64,000 bases of DNA, from assembly GCA_977017645.1 (NCBI GenBank), contig OZ360223.1:1922001-1986000 (forward strand). Direction: 5' to 3'. The notes beneath the pieces were generated by a model that had not been told where the DNA came from, searched no databases, and saw only the letters and a list, made by a program, of their open reading frames with translations. The position numbers were made by a program, and so were the translations under genes. Shown piece by piece: positions 25,195-36,866 of this stretch (position 1 is the stretch's first letter; every line of letters begins with the position of its first letter). Source of the DNA: Torpedo marmorata (lineage: Eukaryota).

Positions 25195-28110
25195 CGAATG
25201 GAACAATGTCAAACTGTGGCTGACAAAGGAAGTCAAAGCCAACGAAAAGCAAAACCATGGACATACAAGGAAGCAAACATTAGTGGGAAGATAGAGGATT
25301 GGGAAGTTTTTTTAAAAACGAAGAAGCTAACTAAAAACTCATAAGGAGGGAAAAGATTAATTATGATAGTAGGCTAGCAAATAATATCAAAGAGCATACA
25401 AAAAGCTTCTTCAAGTATATAAAGAGTAAAGGAGAGGTGAGAGTCGATATGGGGCCACTAGAAAATGACTCTGGAGAAATAATAATGGGAGACAAGGAGA
25501 TGGCAGAGGAAATAAATGAGTATTTTGCATCAGTCTTCACTGTGGAAAACACTAGCAGTGTGCCAGATGTCGAAGGGTATCAGGGAAGGGAAGTAAGTGC
25601 AGTTACTATTTCAAGGGAAAAGGTGCTCGGCTGAATGGTCTAAGAGTGGATAAGTCTACTGGACCAGATGGATTGCACCCTTGGGTCCTGAAAGAAGTAG
25701 CGGTAGAGATTGTGGAGGCATTGGTAATGATCTTTCAGGAATCAATAGATTCTGGTATGGTCCTGTAGGACTGGAAAATCGCAAATGTCACCCCACTATT
25801 CAAGAAGGGAAGGAAGCAACAGAAAGGAAATTATGGACCAGTTAGCTTGACGTCAATGATTGAGAAGATATTGGAGTCGATTGTCAAAGATGAGATTATG
25901 GAGTACTTGGAGGCACATGACAGAAAAGCCCAAAGCCAGCCAGATTTAAGGGAAAATCTTGCTTGACAAACCTATTGGAATTATTTGAAGAAGTGACAAG
26001 CAGGTTGGGTAAAGGAGATGCAGTGGATGTTGTGTATTTGGATTTTCAGAAGGCCTTTGACAAGGTTCCACACATGAGGCTACTTAACAAGAGCCCATGG
26101 TATAACAGGATACATACTAGCGTGGGTAGTGCATTGGCTGATTGGCAGGAAGCAGAGAGTCAGAATGTAGGGATCATATTCTGGTTGGCTGCCAGTTGTT
26201 AGTGGCATCCCACAGGGTTCGGTTTAGGGGCCACTTCTTTTTATGTGTATATTAGTGATTTGGATTATGGATTGAATGGCTTTGTGGCCAAGTTTGCTGA
26301 CGATAAAAAGGTAGGTGGAGGAGCAGTTAAGTGTGGAGGAAACACGGAGGCTGCAGATGGACTTAGACAGATTAGGAGAACGGGCAGAGAAGTGACAAAT
26401 GAAATATAATGTTGGAGAGTCTACAGTCATGCACTTTGATAGAAAAAATAAACGGGCAGACTATTTTCTCAATCGTGAGAAAATTGAAAATATCCAGACA
26501 CAAAGGGGCCTGGAGTTATTGTGCAGGATAGCCTGAAGGCAAACTTGCATGTTGAGTCGGTGGTGAAGAAGGCAAATGCAATGCTGGCATTCTTTTCAAG
26601 AGGAATCGAATATAGGAACAGGGATGTGATGTTGAGGCTTTATAAGGCAATGGTGAGACCTCGCTTGGCGTATTGTGAGCAGTTTTGGGCTCCTCATTTA
26701 AGAAAGTATGTGCTGACATTGGAGAGGGTTCAGAGGAGGTTCACTGGGATGATTCTGGGAATGAAGGGGTTATCATGTGAGGAGCATTTGACATCTCTCA
26801 GCCTGTACTCGTTGGAATTTAGGAGAATACATTGAAACATTTTGAATGTTGAAAGGCATGAACAGAGTAGATGTAGAAAGGTTGTTTCCCATGGCAGGAG
26901 AGTCCAGGACAAGAGGGCACAACTTTAGGATTGAAGCGCGTCCATTTAGAACAGAGATGCGGAGGAATTTCTTCAGCCAGAGGGTGGTAAATCTGTGGAA
27001 TTTGTTGCCACCGGCGGTTGTGGAGGCCAGGTCATTGGGTGTATTTAAGGGAGAGATTGATAGGTTCTTGATTAGCCAGGGCATCAAAGTTTATGGGGAG
27101 TGTTACAAATTCAAACCAGCAACGACAGAAGACACAATGCAAAAGGGGTAAAATTGAAATTACTATTTATTAAAGACAAGTAAACATATAATTTCACAAC
27201 AATTAACCCCACTATAAACATCTATAAACTCTATTCTTATCTAAAAGGTGTGTGTGTGTGTAAAGCCCAGACCATTACAGTCTGTGCCCAACCCTTATGT
27301 AAAAATGGAAAAACTTTCCCCAAAAACCCCAGGTCAGTCATAAAAAACAAGTCAGTAAAAAAAAAAAAGGATAATACAGTCTACAAAATTCACTCTCTAA
27401 GTTCAGTCTTCAACTTCAGCTCTGTGTCTGGTAGAAGTACTTCTGAATGAACGTTGGAGAGAGACAATGACTGTTTATGCTTACAAATACTAGTTTTCTT
27501 CTCTGATGACGTCCCCTTCTTGGGTGTTCATAAGGATTGTCTGTTCAGATCAGTATACCACTGATTTAGGCGTATGCTTGAATCTCACAGCTAGTCTCGC
27601 TGATCTCACGCCTGTTCTCCACAGAAGTTGCTTTTTCTCAGAATTTCTCTCTGAGACAAGAGGCCATGTGCTCTTCTTCCAGTGATTTTCTCTGGCTTTC
27701 ACAAGCCTGGATTTGGCTGTGTCCTGTAGCCTTTGCAACTTACAACTGTCTGCTTTTCCTGCAGAAATCTGCACCTGCTTTTTGCAAAAGTGAAACAAAT
27801 GTATCTTGTCCAGTCTGCCTCTCTCTCTCTCTCTCTCTGGTTTCTCTCTGTCTGGGTACACCAAGAGTGCAACAATGTATCTTGTCTGGGTACACCAAGT
27901 AGCTGGGGAAGTTAACTCTTTCAGTACCTGGCCCCAGTGTATACTCCAAAAGACTTCATCCTTCCTGCTGACCGTCCGCAGTCCAAATGGTCAATCATGG
28001 TCCATAACAGGAGAAGGCCGGGCAGTGGTGCTGAGTGGGAGAATGGATCAGCTCATGATTGAGTGGCAGGACAGACTCGATGGGCTGAATGGCCTATGTC
28101 TTATGCATCT
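25195..28110 (+). mobile_element. CR1 LINE (degenerate RT to 3' UTR), interrupted by a solo LTR
   Basis: LTNLLELFEEVT...VVYLDFQKAFDKVPH, KFADD, LYKAMVRP, TRGH. Confidence 0.92.
27101..28009 (-). mobile_element. Solo LTR (about 908 bp), copy 2
   Basis: Reverse complement of 6701-7608. TG...CA termini and 4-bp TSD GGAG. Confidence 0.88.
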
Positions 28111-28629
28111 TAAAAATGGAGCAGAAATCTATAAAACAAATAGCTTCACAAAATAAAACAACAACTTTGCTTCTAAAGTGAAAGAAACTGTGTTGAAAGG
28201 AGGACTGTGTCTCCGTTATCCTCCAAATGAATGATCATTGGGGAAATAAACTACAAGTGACTAAAGGGGAAACAAATCTCAGCAATGTGCAAGACTTCTG
28301 GGGTAGGGAGAGGGTGATGGAGGTGGAAAGGGAGGGAGACAGACACGGCCTTTCTTGTAAACCAAACCATGAAGGAAATGGTCTTCTGGTTAAAGGAAGG
28401 CCATCAAAGGTTATGGGGAGAATGCAGGAGAAAAGGGTTTAAAGGAGAAATACATCAGCAATGATTTGAATGGAGGAGCGACTCAAAGGGCAAATGGCCT
28501 AATTCTGCTCCTAAATTGTATGGTCTTCTGGTCTAAAGAAGGTTGAGTAAGGAGATCTTAATTTAGGCAAGAGTGCTGTCATGGGCTCCACTGACTGAAT
28601 TAAAGAATTATCCTTATTTTTCTCACTAG

Positions 28630-28738
28630 GCTTCTGTGGAGTTGAGCTGCTTTCCAGCAGCCATGAAGAGTGAAGTTCGAATCAAGGCTTTCACGACACC
28701 TGAAAACATGGAATTGGGTCACGTACATAAAATGGAAG
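28630..28738 (+). CDS. IL17RC: IL17RC-like exon (ASVELSCFPAAMKSEVRIKAFTTPENMELGHVHKME)
   Basis: TAG/GTGAGT boundaries, phase 0/1. Strong match to GSVVYDCFEAALGSEVRIWSYTQP. Confidence 0.92.
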
Positions 28739-28817
28739 GTGAGTCCATTGACAGAAGGCAGTGTTATGATTCTTTCTTCCAAGGCTGTGAACCACCAATA
28801 CAAGTGTGTTCATTATG

Positions 28818-30706
28818 ATGTGGGAAGGGAGGTGGATGGAATGTGCCTGCCGCACACCCAGTGGAGACAGACGTACATGTGGGAAGGGAGGTGGATGGAA
28901 TGTGCCTGCTGCACACCCAGTGGAGACAGACGTACATGTGGGAAGGGAGGTGGATGGAATGTGCCTGCCGCACACCCAGTGGAGACAGACGTACACGTGG
29001 GAAGGGACGTGGATGGAATGTGCCTGCCGCACACCCAGTGGAGACAGACGTACACGTGGGAAGGGAGGTGGATGGAATGTGCCTGCCGCACACCCAGTGG
29101 AGACAGACGTACATGTGGGAAGGGAGGTGGATGGAATGTGCCTGCCACACACCCAGTGGAGACAGACGTACACGTGGGAAGGGAGGTGGATGGAATGTGC
29201 CTGCCGCACACCCAGTGGAGACAGACGTACACGTGGGAAGGGAGGTGGATGGAATGTGCCTGCCGCACACCCAGTGGAGACAGACGTACACGTGGGAAGG
29301 GAGGTGGATGGAATGTGCCTGCCGCACACCCAGTGGAGACAGACGTACATGTGGGAAGGGAGGTGGATGGAATGTGCCTGCCGCACACCCAGTGGAGACA
29401 GACGTACATGTGGGAAGGGAGGTGGATGGAATGTGCCTGCCGCACACCCAGTGGAGACAGACGTACATGTGGGAAGGGAGGTGGATGGAATGTGCCTGCC
29501 GCACACCCAGTGGAGACAGACGTACATGTGGGAAGGGAGGTGGATGGAATGTGCCTGCCGCACACCCAGTGGAGACAGACGTACATGTGGGAAGGGAGGT
29601 GGATGGAATGTGCCTGCCACACACCCAGTGGAGACAGACGTACATGTGGGAAGGGAGGTGGATGGAATGTGCCTGCCGCACACCCAGTGGAGACAGACGT
29701 ACATGTGGGAAGGGAGGTGGATGGAATGTGCCTGCCACACACCCAGTGGAGACAGACGTACATGTGGGAAGGGACGTGGATGGAATGTGCCTGCCGCACA
29801 CCCAGTGGAGACAGACGTACATGTGGGAAGGGAGGTGGATGGAATGTGCCTGCCGCACACCCAGTGGAGACAGACGTACATGTGGGAAGGGAGGTGGATG
29901 GAATGTGCCTGCCACACACCCAGTGGAGACAGACGTACATGTGGGAAGGGACGTGGATGGAATGTGCCTGCCGCACACCCAGTGGAGACAGACGTACATG
30001 TGGGAAGGGAGGTGGATGGAATGTGCCTGCCGCACACCCAGTGGAGACAGACGTACATGTGGGAAGGGAGGTGGATGGAATGTGCCTGCAGCACACCCAG
30101 TGGAGACAGACGTACATGTGGGAAGGGAGGTGGATGGAATGTGCCTGCCGCACATCCAGTGGAGACAGACGTACATGTGGGAAGGGAGGTGGATGGAATG
30201 TGCCTGCCGCACATCCAGTGGAGACAGACGTACATGTGGGAAGGGAGGTGGATGGAATGTGCCTGCCGCACACCCAGTGGAGACAGACGTACATGTGGGA
30301 AGGGAGGTGGATGGAATGTGCCTGCCACACATCCAGTGGAGACAGACGTACATGTGGGAAGGGAGGTGGATGGAATGTGCCTGCCGCACACCCAGTGGAG
30401 ACAGACGTACATGTGGGAAGGGAGGTGGATGGAATGTGCCTGCCACACACCCAGTGGAGACAGACGTACATGTGGGAAGGGAGGTGGATGGAATGTGCCT
30501 GCCACACATCCAGTGGAGACAGACGTACATGTGGGAAGGGAGGTGGATGGAATGTGCCTGCCGCACACCCAGTGGAGACAGACGTACATGTGGGAAGGGA
30601 GGTGGATGGAATGTGCCTGCCACACATCCAGTGGAGACAGACGTACATGTGGGAAGGGAGGTGGATGGAATGTGCCTGCCGCACACCCAGTGGAGACAGA
30701 CGTACA
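28818..30706. repeat. 59-bp minisatellite, about 32 copies
   Basis: Unit atgtgggaagggaggtggatggaatgtgcctgccgcacacccagtggagacagacgtac, nearly homogeneous. Confidence 0.98.
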
Positions 30707-33700
30707 AACCATTGTCATGACTGTGCCCGAATAGAGTTCTGTTAGTAAGGGGCTCATTAATTGAGGATGGGTGGGGTGGCAGGGTTTCTGATGTTCCTCC
30801 ATAAGGCTTGACAGACCAAAGAAGGAATGGGAAGGGCCAAGCATTTGAATGGTGGGAGAAGGGCATGTTTATTTTTGTTTGTCCCTGGGAAAGTTCTCCT
30901 GATCTTTGGAACAGAGGAGGTTGAGGGGAAATGGTTGAGAAGTATAACATCATGAGGAGGTCTGGACAGAGGAAAAGAGAAGGACCTATTTCTCTCAAAA
31001 GACGGGTCCAAAATCAGGGGACATAGATTTAAAGAAATAGATGAACTGATTAGAGGGGAGTTGAGGGAAAACATTTTTACCCAGAGGGTGACAAACTCTC
31101 ACCTGATTAGAGCAGAACCTACATGTGCACTTCTAGAACCATGACTGCAGCTCTAGGAGGTGGGATTGGCTTGTGTTTCTTTTTTGGGCTGTTGTAGCCC
31201 TCTTTTTTCCATGTGTTGTGTATTCTAGGCTAAGATATACACGAGCACACACAGACGTGGTGCTTCATTCATTCTTTATTACTAATCTAAAGATGGTTTC
31301 CAACGCCACACTATATATGTACGTATGACGTCATGCGCGGCATACCAAGCCTGCGTGTATCCACAACACTCTTTTCCCCCCCCCCCACAGAATATATGCG
31401 ATTAAACATGCCCATAGTAACAAGTATGTTGAACTACAGTGACTAAGGATTATGATGGAACTACAACTACAGAGTATATATAATTCGTAATGTAATAACA
31501 TGTCAATTGGCCCAGTCATGGTACATAGTCCCTCAGACGTTCCGGAGGACATCGTTGCCTTTGTGATCTTCTTGGCGGGGCTGCAGAGTCCATCGGGACA
31601 CCTGACGGCTTGTCTGGACTCTTTGCCTTGTCGGGGAAGACCTCCTCCTCCTCCTCCTCGGGGAAGACCTCCTCCTCCTCCTCCTCCTCGGGGAAGACCT
31701 CCTCCTCCTCCTCCTCGGGGAAGACGACCTCCTCCTCCTCGGATAGCTTGGACTGGGAGCTTGGTTTTCGATGAGCACTATTCCAACCTTGGGCTGGACT
31801 GCTTCCCCGGCTCTCTCGATCAGCTGATGTTGATCGTGTTTTATCAATTGTTGTTATAGCAGGGATGTCGTCGTTGACCCAAACTGGAAAATATTGGGAA
31901 TCGTCTGTTGGTAATATCATCATTGGATCATCTACTGCTCTCAATTGGTCGATGTGTTGCTTCCATATGTTATGGAATACGAACAGGGGCTTAGTTTCTT
32001 AATGAAGACGCCTCTTACCCAAGTTTCTTTATTGTCTCTGTAATCTCGTACCAACACTCTTTCTCCCACTTCTCATGATCTGGTCTGCTTAGTTGGAGAA
32101 GTGGATTGTTCGATACGAAGGCCGATATCTGGGTGTACCGCAGAGAGTCGTGTCCTTAAATTGTGTCCAAACATCAATTCTGCCGGTGTTCTTTTTGTTG
32201 TTGAGTGAGGTGTATTTCTGCATCCTGCAAAAAAATTTGTGATTTTGTGATTCCAAGAAATGTTTTGCGATTTTCTAGCTTTCATGGCTTTTTTAAATGT
32301 CTGTACAAAACATTCAGCTTCTCCATTAGTGCTTGGGTGGTAAGGTGCTGAGAGCAAGTGTTGTATACCATTGTTACGCAGAAACACCTTAAAAGCAACT
32401 GATACAAGCTGAGGTCCATTATCTGAGACCAGTTCCATTGGTAATCCATATGACGCAAACATATTTCGTTGTCTTTCAATTGTTTGAATTGTTGTTGTTG
32501 TACGCATGTGTGATACCACTGGCCATTTGGAGTGTGCGTCGACAACAATAAAGAAATTTTCCCCCATGAATGGACCTGCGAAGTCCACATGAATTCTGTG
32601 CCATGGTCGTGACGGCCATTTCCATGGGTTAGCTTTGGCTTGTGATGCCTTGTGTTGCATTTCTTGATAAGTGCCACATCTTCGCACGGTTTGTTCGATA
32701 TCGATATCCATTGATGGCCACCAAACATGCATTCGTGCTAAAGCTTTCATTCGGACCATTCCTGGATGATTGTCGTGTAGTTCTGCAAGCATGTTCATTT
32801 GCCATTTTTTTTGGAATAATCGTCCTGGCACCCCACAATAAACAACCTTCTTCGATAGTTATTTCATTACGTCGTGTATAGTAAGGCTTAAGGTCTGGAG
32901 AAACAGCGTCCCCTTCGGGCCATCCATTCAATGTGAAATAAAGGACTTTTGCCAGTGTCGGTTCGTTTCTTCTTTGCTGATTATTTTCGCTGTAATGGGT
33001 AGGTGGCAAAGTTGTTCTTGGTTAACAGCTGTTGCCTCTGCTGTCCAGTGGATTATCTCTTCCTTCTGTTCAGTTTCAGGTAGGGGTAAACGTGATAAAG
33101 CATCGGCATGTTCGTTTTGTTTTGCTGGTTTATGTTTCAAATCATAATCATAAGCAGCGAGCATCATGGCCCATCTCTGGATTCTTGTCGCCGCTAGGAC
33201 AAAAATGCCCTTTTTAGGACTTAAGATCAAACTCAGTGGCTTGTTGTCAGTCACTAAGGTAAACCTCCTACCATACAAGTACTGGTGAAATCTTTTGATT
33301 CCGAATATTATGGCCAGTCCCTCTTTTTCGAGTTGTGCATAATTGCGTTCACAAGCTGTCAATGAGAGGGATGCATAAGCCACTAGTTGTTCTTCTTTTT
33401 CCGTGATTTGTGACAATACTGTCCTAAACCCACTGGTGAGGCATCCACTGCTAGAGTCACCTCTTTGTTTGGGCCGTAGTGGACGAGCACATTATTGCTT
33501 GAGGTTAATAGTTTCTTTAAACGGTTGAACGCGTCACTTGTTTTTGTATTCCAGTACCACTTCTGGTCTTTTTTTAGCAACTGGTTCAGTGGGTTGCACA
33601 GTGTGGACATGTTTGGAATGTGTTTCCGATAATGGTTGACTAAACCTAAGAATGATTGTAGTTCTGTTCGCTGGGCAGGGTGCTCTGCGGACGGCTTCGG

Positions 33701-34587
33701 TACCTGCCGTATTCATTTGTACGCCTTCACTGTTAATTGTAAATCCCAAATACGTTACAGAGGGTACCATAAATACACATTTGTCTTGGCGTAGCCGGAC
33801 GTCCGCTTGTTGTAGTCGGGTTAAGACTCTTTCCAGGTTCGATAGGTGCTCTGCGTCGTCCCTCCCTGTAATAATAATATCATCCAGGTAGCACCCTACA
33901 TTTATACCGTGCAGTAATTTGTCCATAACTGCTTGAAATATTGCAGGAGCTGCTGATATCCCATATGGCATTCTCGTATATGTGAATAACCCCAAGTGGG
34001 TATTGATTGCCACATATTTTTTTGATGCTTCATCCAATTTAACTTGTTGATACGCTTGAGATAAGTCCAACTTCGTGAACTTTTTCCTGCCATTTAGGAA
34101 TTGGAATAACTCCTCCGCTCTTGGCATGGGATGTTCAGGTATTTGCAGAGCTTGATTAACGGTGACTTTATAATTCAAATTTCTCCATTAGGTTTTCGGA
34201 CTGGCACAATGGAAGCTGCCCAGTCACTATATTGAAGCTTTTCAATGATTCCTTCATTTTCTAATCTGTTGAGTTCCGCTTCATTCTTTCCTTTTATTGC
34301 GAAAGGTACTGTCCTTGGCTTATAGAACTTGGGTTCAGCTCCAGGTTTCAATTGTAACTTTGCCTGGACTCCTTTGATTTTCCCGAGGCCTTTTCCGAAT
34401 ATGGTTTGATACTTTTTAAGCAGGTGTGTCAGCTTTGATTTTGGTTCATTCTCAGTCTGCATTTCAGTACTGACGCGATTTCCATCCAATCCAATTGGAT
34501 GTGTGATAACAAGTTTCTTCCGAACAATGCATGTCCCTTTGTGTCAACGATGACGAGGGATAAATCTTTTGCCATCTTTCCCTTATA

Positions 34588-35444
34588 TTCAAGATTCAAT
34601 TTATTGTCATAGTAATAAGACAGTGTCATATTCCATGAAATTTCTTTTTGCCTGCTGCAAGGCAGACAGATTCGCCACCGGCAGAAATTGCCTAAGCGCC
34701 TCTAACATTCCTTACAGTCAGAGAAAGAGAAGCAAAAGAGAGTCCCCCACAGAGTCACCGAGTGTCCGTAGATTCGCCTCCAGCGCTTCCGCAGCCTCCT
34801 CAGCCACACAGAGTCCAGTCCAAACCATCGGGAACACGAGCTCCAGATCCGAATCTCCGACACGGTCAGGAACCCTTCGGCGCCCTCGGCACCCCCTCGC
34901 ATCCCGGTTCCGATACCTGGTACTCCTCAAGCTGGTTCGAGCCAGTCTACAGCAGTCCGCCGCCCGGCGTGAGTCCCCCGACAGCAGTCTCCAGCAGCCC
35001 AAAGCCTCTGCGGGTTCCTCGCCTCGAGTCGCCAGCAGCCCGCCGCATGCACTGGTCCTTCAGCCTCAGAGCCCCTCACTGGTCCGCCGCCGTGGTCACC
35101 GTCCCGTGGGTCGTCTCCTCCGCTTCTCCTTCTCAGACGGGGGGTGATCTTCCTGTCCTCTGGTGCCCTGCTCCAGTCCTCCGCTTCCCCGGAGTCTGCA
35201 GCCCCTCATGGCTGCTGTCGGTTAATAGGCGCTGCCATCTTGGGCGCAGATCCCGCGGTCACGGGATCTCAAATAAAACCACCTTCAGCTCCCTCAATGG
35301 GCCGTTCAAAGCCCGTGCAGAACAGATGGCAGTCGACTGGGCGGCTGGACCCCATGGGAGCGCTGCATCTCCGCTCCCTAGCTCCCCGCAGGTCCACACT
35401 AGTGGCAGCGCTGCCGCTACAGCGGCTCTGGCAGCGCCACCATT
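34588..35444 (-). mobile_element. About 860-bp non-coding retroposon inserted in the protease of element D
   Basis: Removing it restores CKVNVE|YKGK. It has a GC-rich 5' body, a 3' end AATAAATTGAATCTTGAA and a short GAA duplication. Confidence 0.75.
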
Positions 35445-36605
35445 TTCGACATTTACTTTGCATTTACTAATCACTTTGACTTTCTCCCCTGAGACTGTTT
35501 TCAACACCATGTTGGACTCTTTTATGGTAAGGTCGGGCAATAGTTGTGCTTTTACATGTTTTGGCATTAGAGTCACCGATGCTCCCGGTGTCCACCTCCA
35601 TCTGAAGAGGTTCGTTGTTGATTTTAACCTCTACATAAATTTCAGATTTCTTGTCCCCACACAGCGGACATGCATTATATGCACTGCCTTTTCCTCCTCG
35701 GAGTCATTAGATTCACCGCTAGGGGTTTTGTCCTCTTCTACATTTTTTACTTTGGACGGCTGTTTGTTGTATTTTGGCTTTTGTTTATTTCTTTTTTGGC
35801 ATATTAGTTTTTTGTTTGGACATCTGGATTTGATGTGTCCTTCCTTGTCACAGAAAAGGCATTTGGCTTTTTTAAAATAACAGTTGTCAGGGCTGTGGTT
35901 GCTTTTCCCGCAACGGAAACATTCTTGTCGGTTAGATTTTGTAATTAACCCCACGGTCGAGGGTTCTCCTTGTATGATATCAATATTTTGGCTGGCCATT
36001 TCGAAACTCAATGCTGTAGCATACGCAGACTTAATGTCTAAATCTGGTTTACTTAGTAATCATTGTTGGTTGTTACGGTCAGCCAAACCCCTTCGTTCAA
36101 GAATTCCCCGAACTCACAACGTTCTGAAAGCCTGCGCAATTCAGCTAAATATTCGCTTACGGGTTCGCCTGCCATTTGCTTTCTGGAATAAAACTTATAA
36201 CGTTCTGCAATTATTACTGGTCTGGGGAATAGGTGTTCCCCTATTACCGTGCACAGTTCATCATAAGTCTTAGCACTTGGTCTTTCAGGTGCCAAAAGGG
36301 ACTTCATAAGTTTAAACATCTTGCTTCCCACTTCACTTAGAAACAGCGCCTGTTTCCTCTTTGCTACAGGTATATCAACTACATTGTGGGCAATACAGTA
36401 CATATTGAATCTTTCAATGTAGTCATACCAGTCTTCTGAGTCTTTGTACTCTCCGAAACGGCCGTCTACCATTTTGAGTCGTTTCCTGCGTTTTCCTTTC
36501 TTTATTCTCTGTGTTTGAGCCTGTGGGGCTCACTGATGTGGTAGGTTTGCGTTTTCCTTTCTTCTTCTCTTCCCTTTCCTTTCCTTCTCAAGGAAGTTCG
36601 TTTTG

Positions 36606-36618
36606 ATCCTCGTCGCCA
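36606..36618 (-). promoter_or_regulatory. Primer-binding site (tRNA-Ser type) of element D
   Basis: TGGCGACGAGGAT is complementary to the 3' end of tRNA-Ser(GCT) and lies 3 nt inside the 5' LTR. Confidence 0.85.
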
Positions 36619-36866
36619 ATCTGTTGTGTATTCTAGGCTAAGATATACACGAGCACACAGAGACGTGGTGGTTTATTCATTCTTTATTACTAAACTAAAG
36701 ATGGTTTCCCGCGTCACACTATATATGTACGTATGACGCGGCGTAGCAAACCTGCGTGTATCCACAACACCATGACTTTATGAATTAGTGACCGACAAAA
36801 ATGTTTCAAATCCTTTTATTCTCTCCATTTTTTTAAGTGTTCTGGTAAGACTGCCTTTAAGGACTG

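Larger units (their letters stand above)
31214..36769 (-). mobile_element. Full-length but decayed Ty3/Gypsy element D (Mag-like)
   Basis: LTRs at 31214-31368 and 36622-36769, TSD CCATG, PPT 31369-31386. Gag has two CCHC knuckles; RT LDLSQAYQQ/YLDD; RNase H VDAS; integrase HPGMVRMK...HVDFAGP...SDNG. Confidence 0.96.

Noticed and set aside
4012-30706. CRISPR-like arrays (both tandem repeats)
   Set aside because: The units are head-to-tail with no unique spacers, there are no cas genes and the context is eukaryotic.
28670-30998. Six overlapping ORFs of 620-740 aa
   Set aside because: They are artefacts of a stop-free 59-bp repeat. The real exon frame stops at 28818 if unspliced.
31500-31859. 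Pro/Arg-rich ORF (RGRPPPPPP)
   Set aside because: It is the antisense reading of the Glu-rich repeat in the Gypsy integrase tail.
34762-35880. 372-aa plus-strand ORF
   Set aside because: It spans the GC-rich insertion and antisense gag/protease, with no coherent protein.
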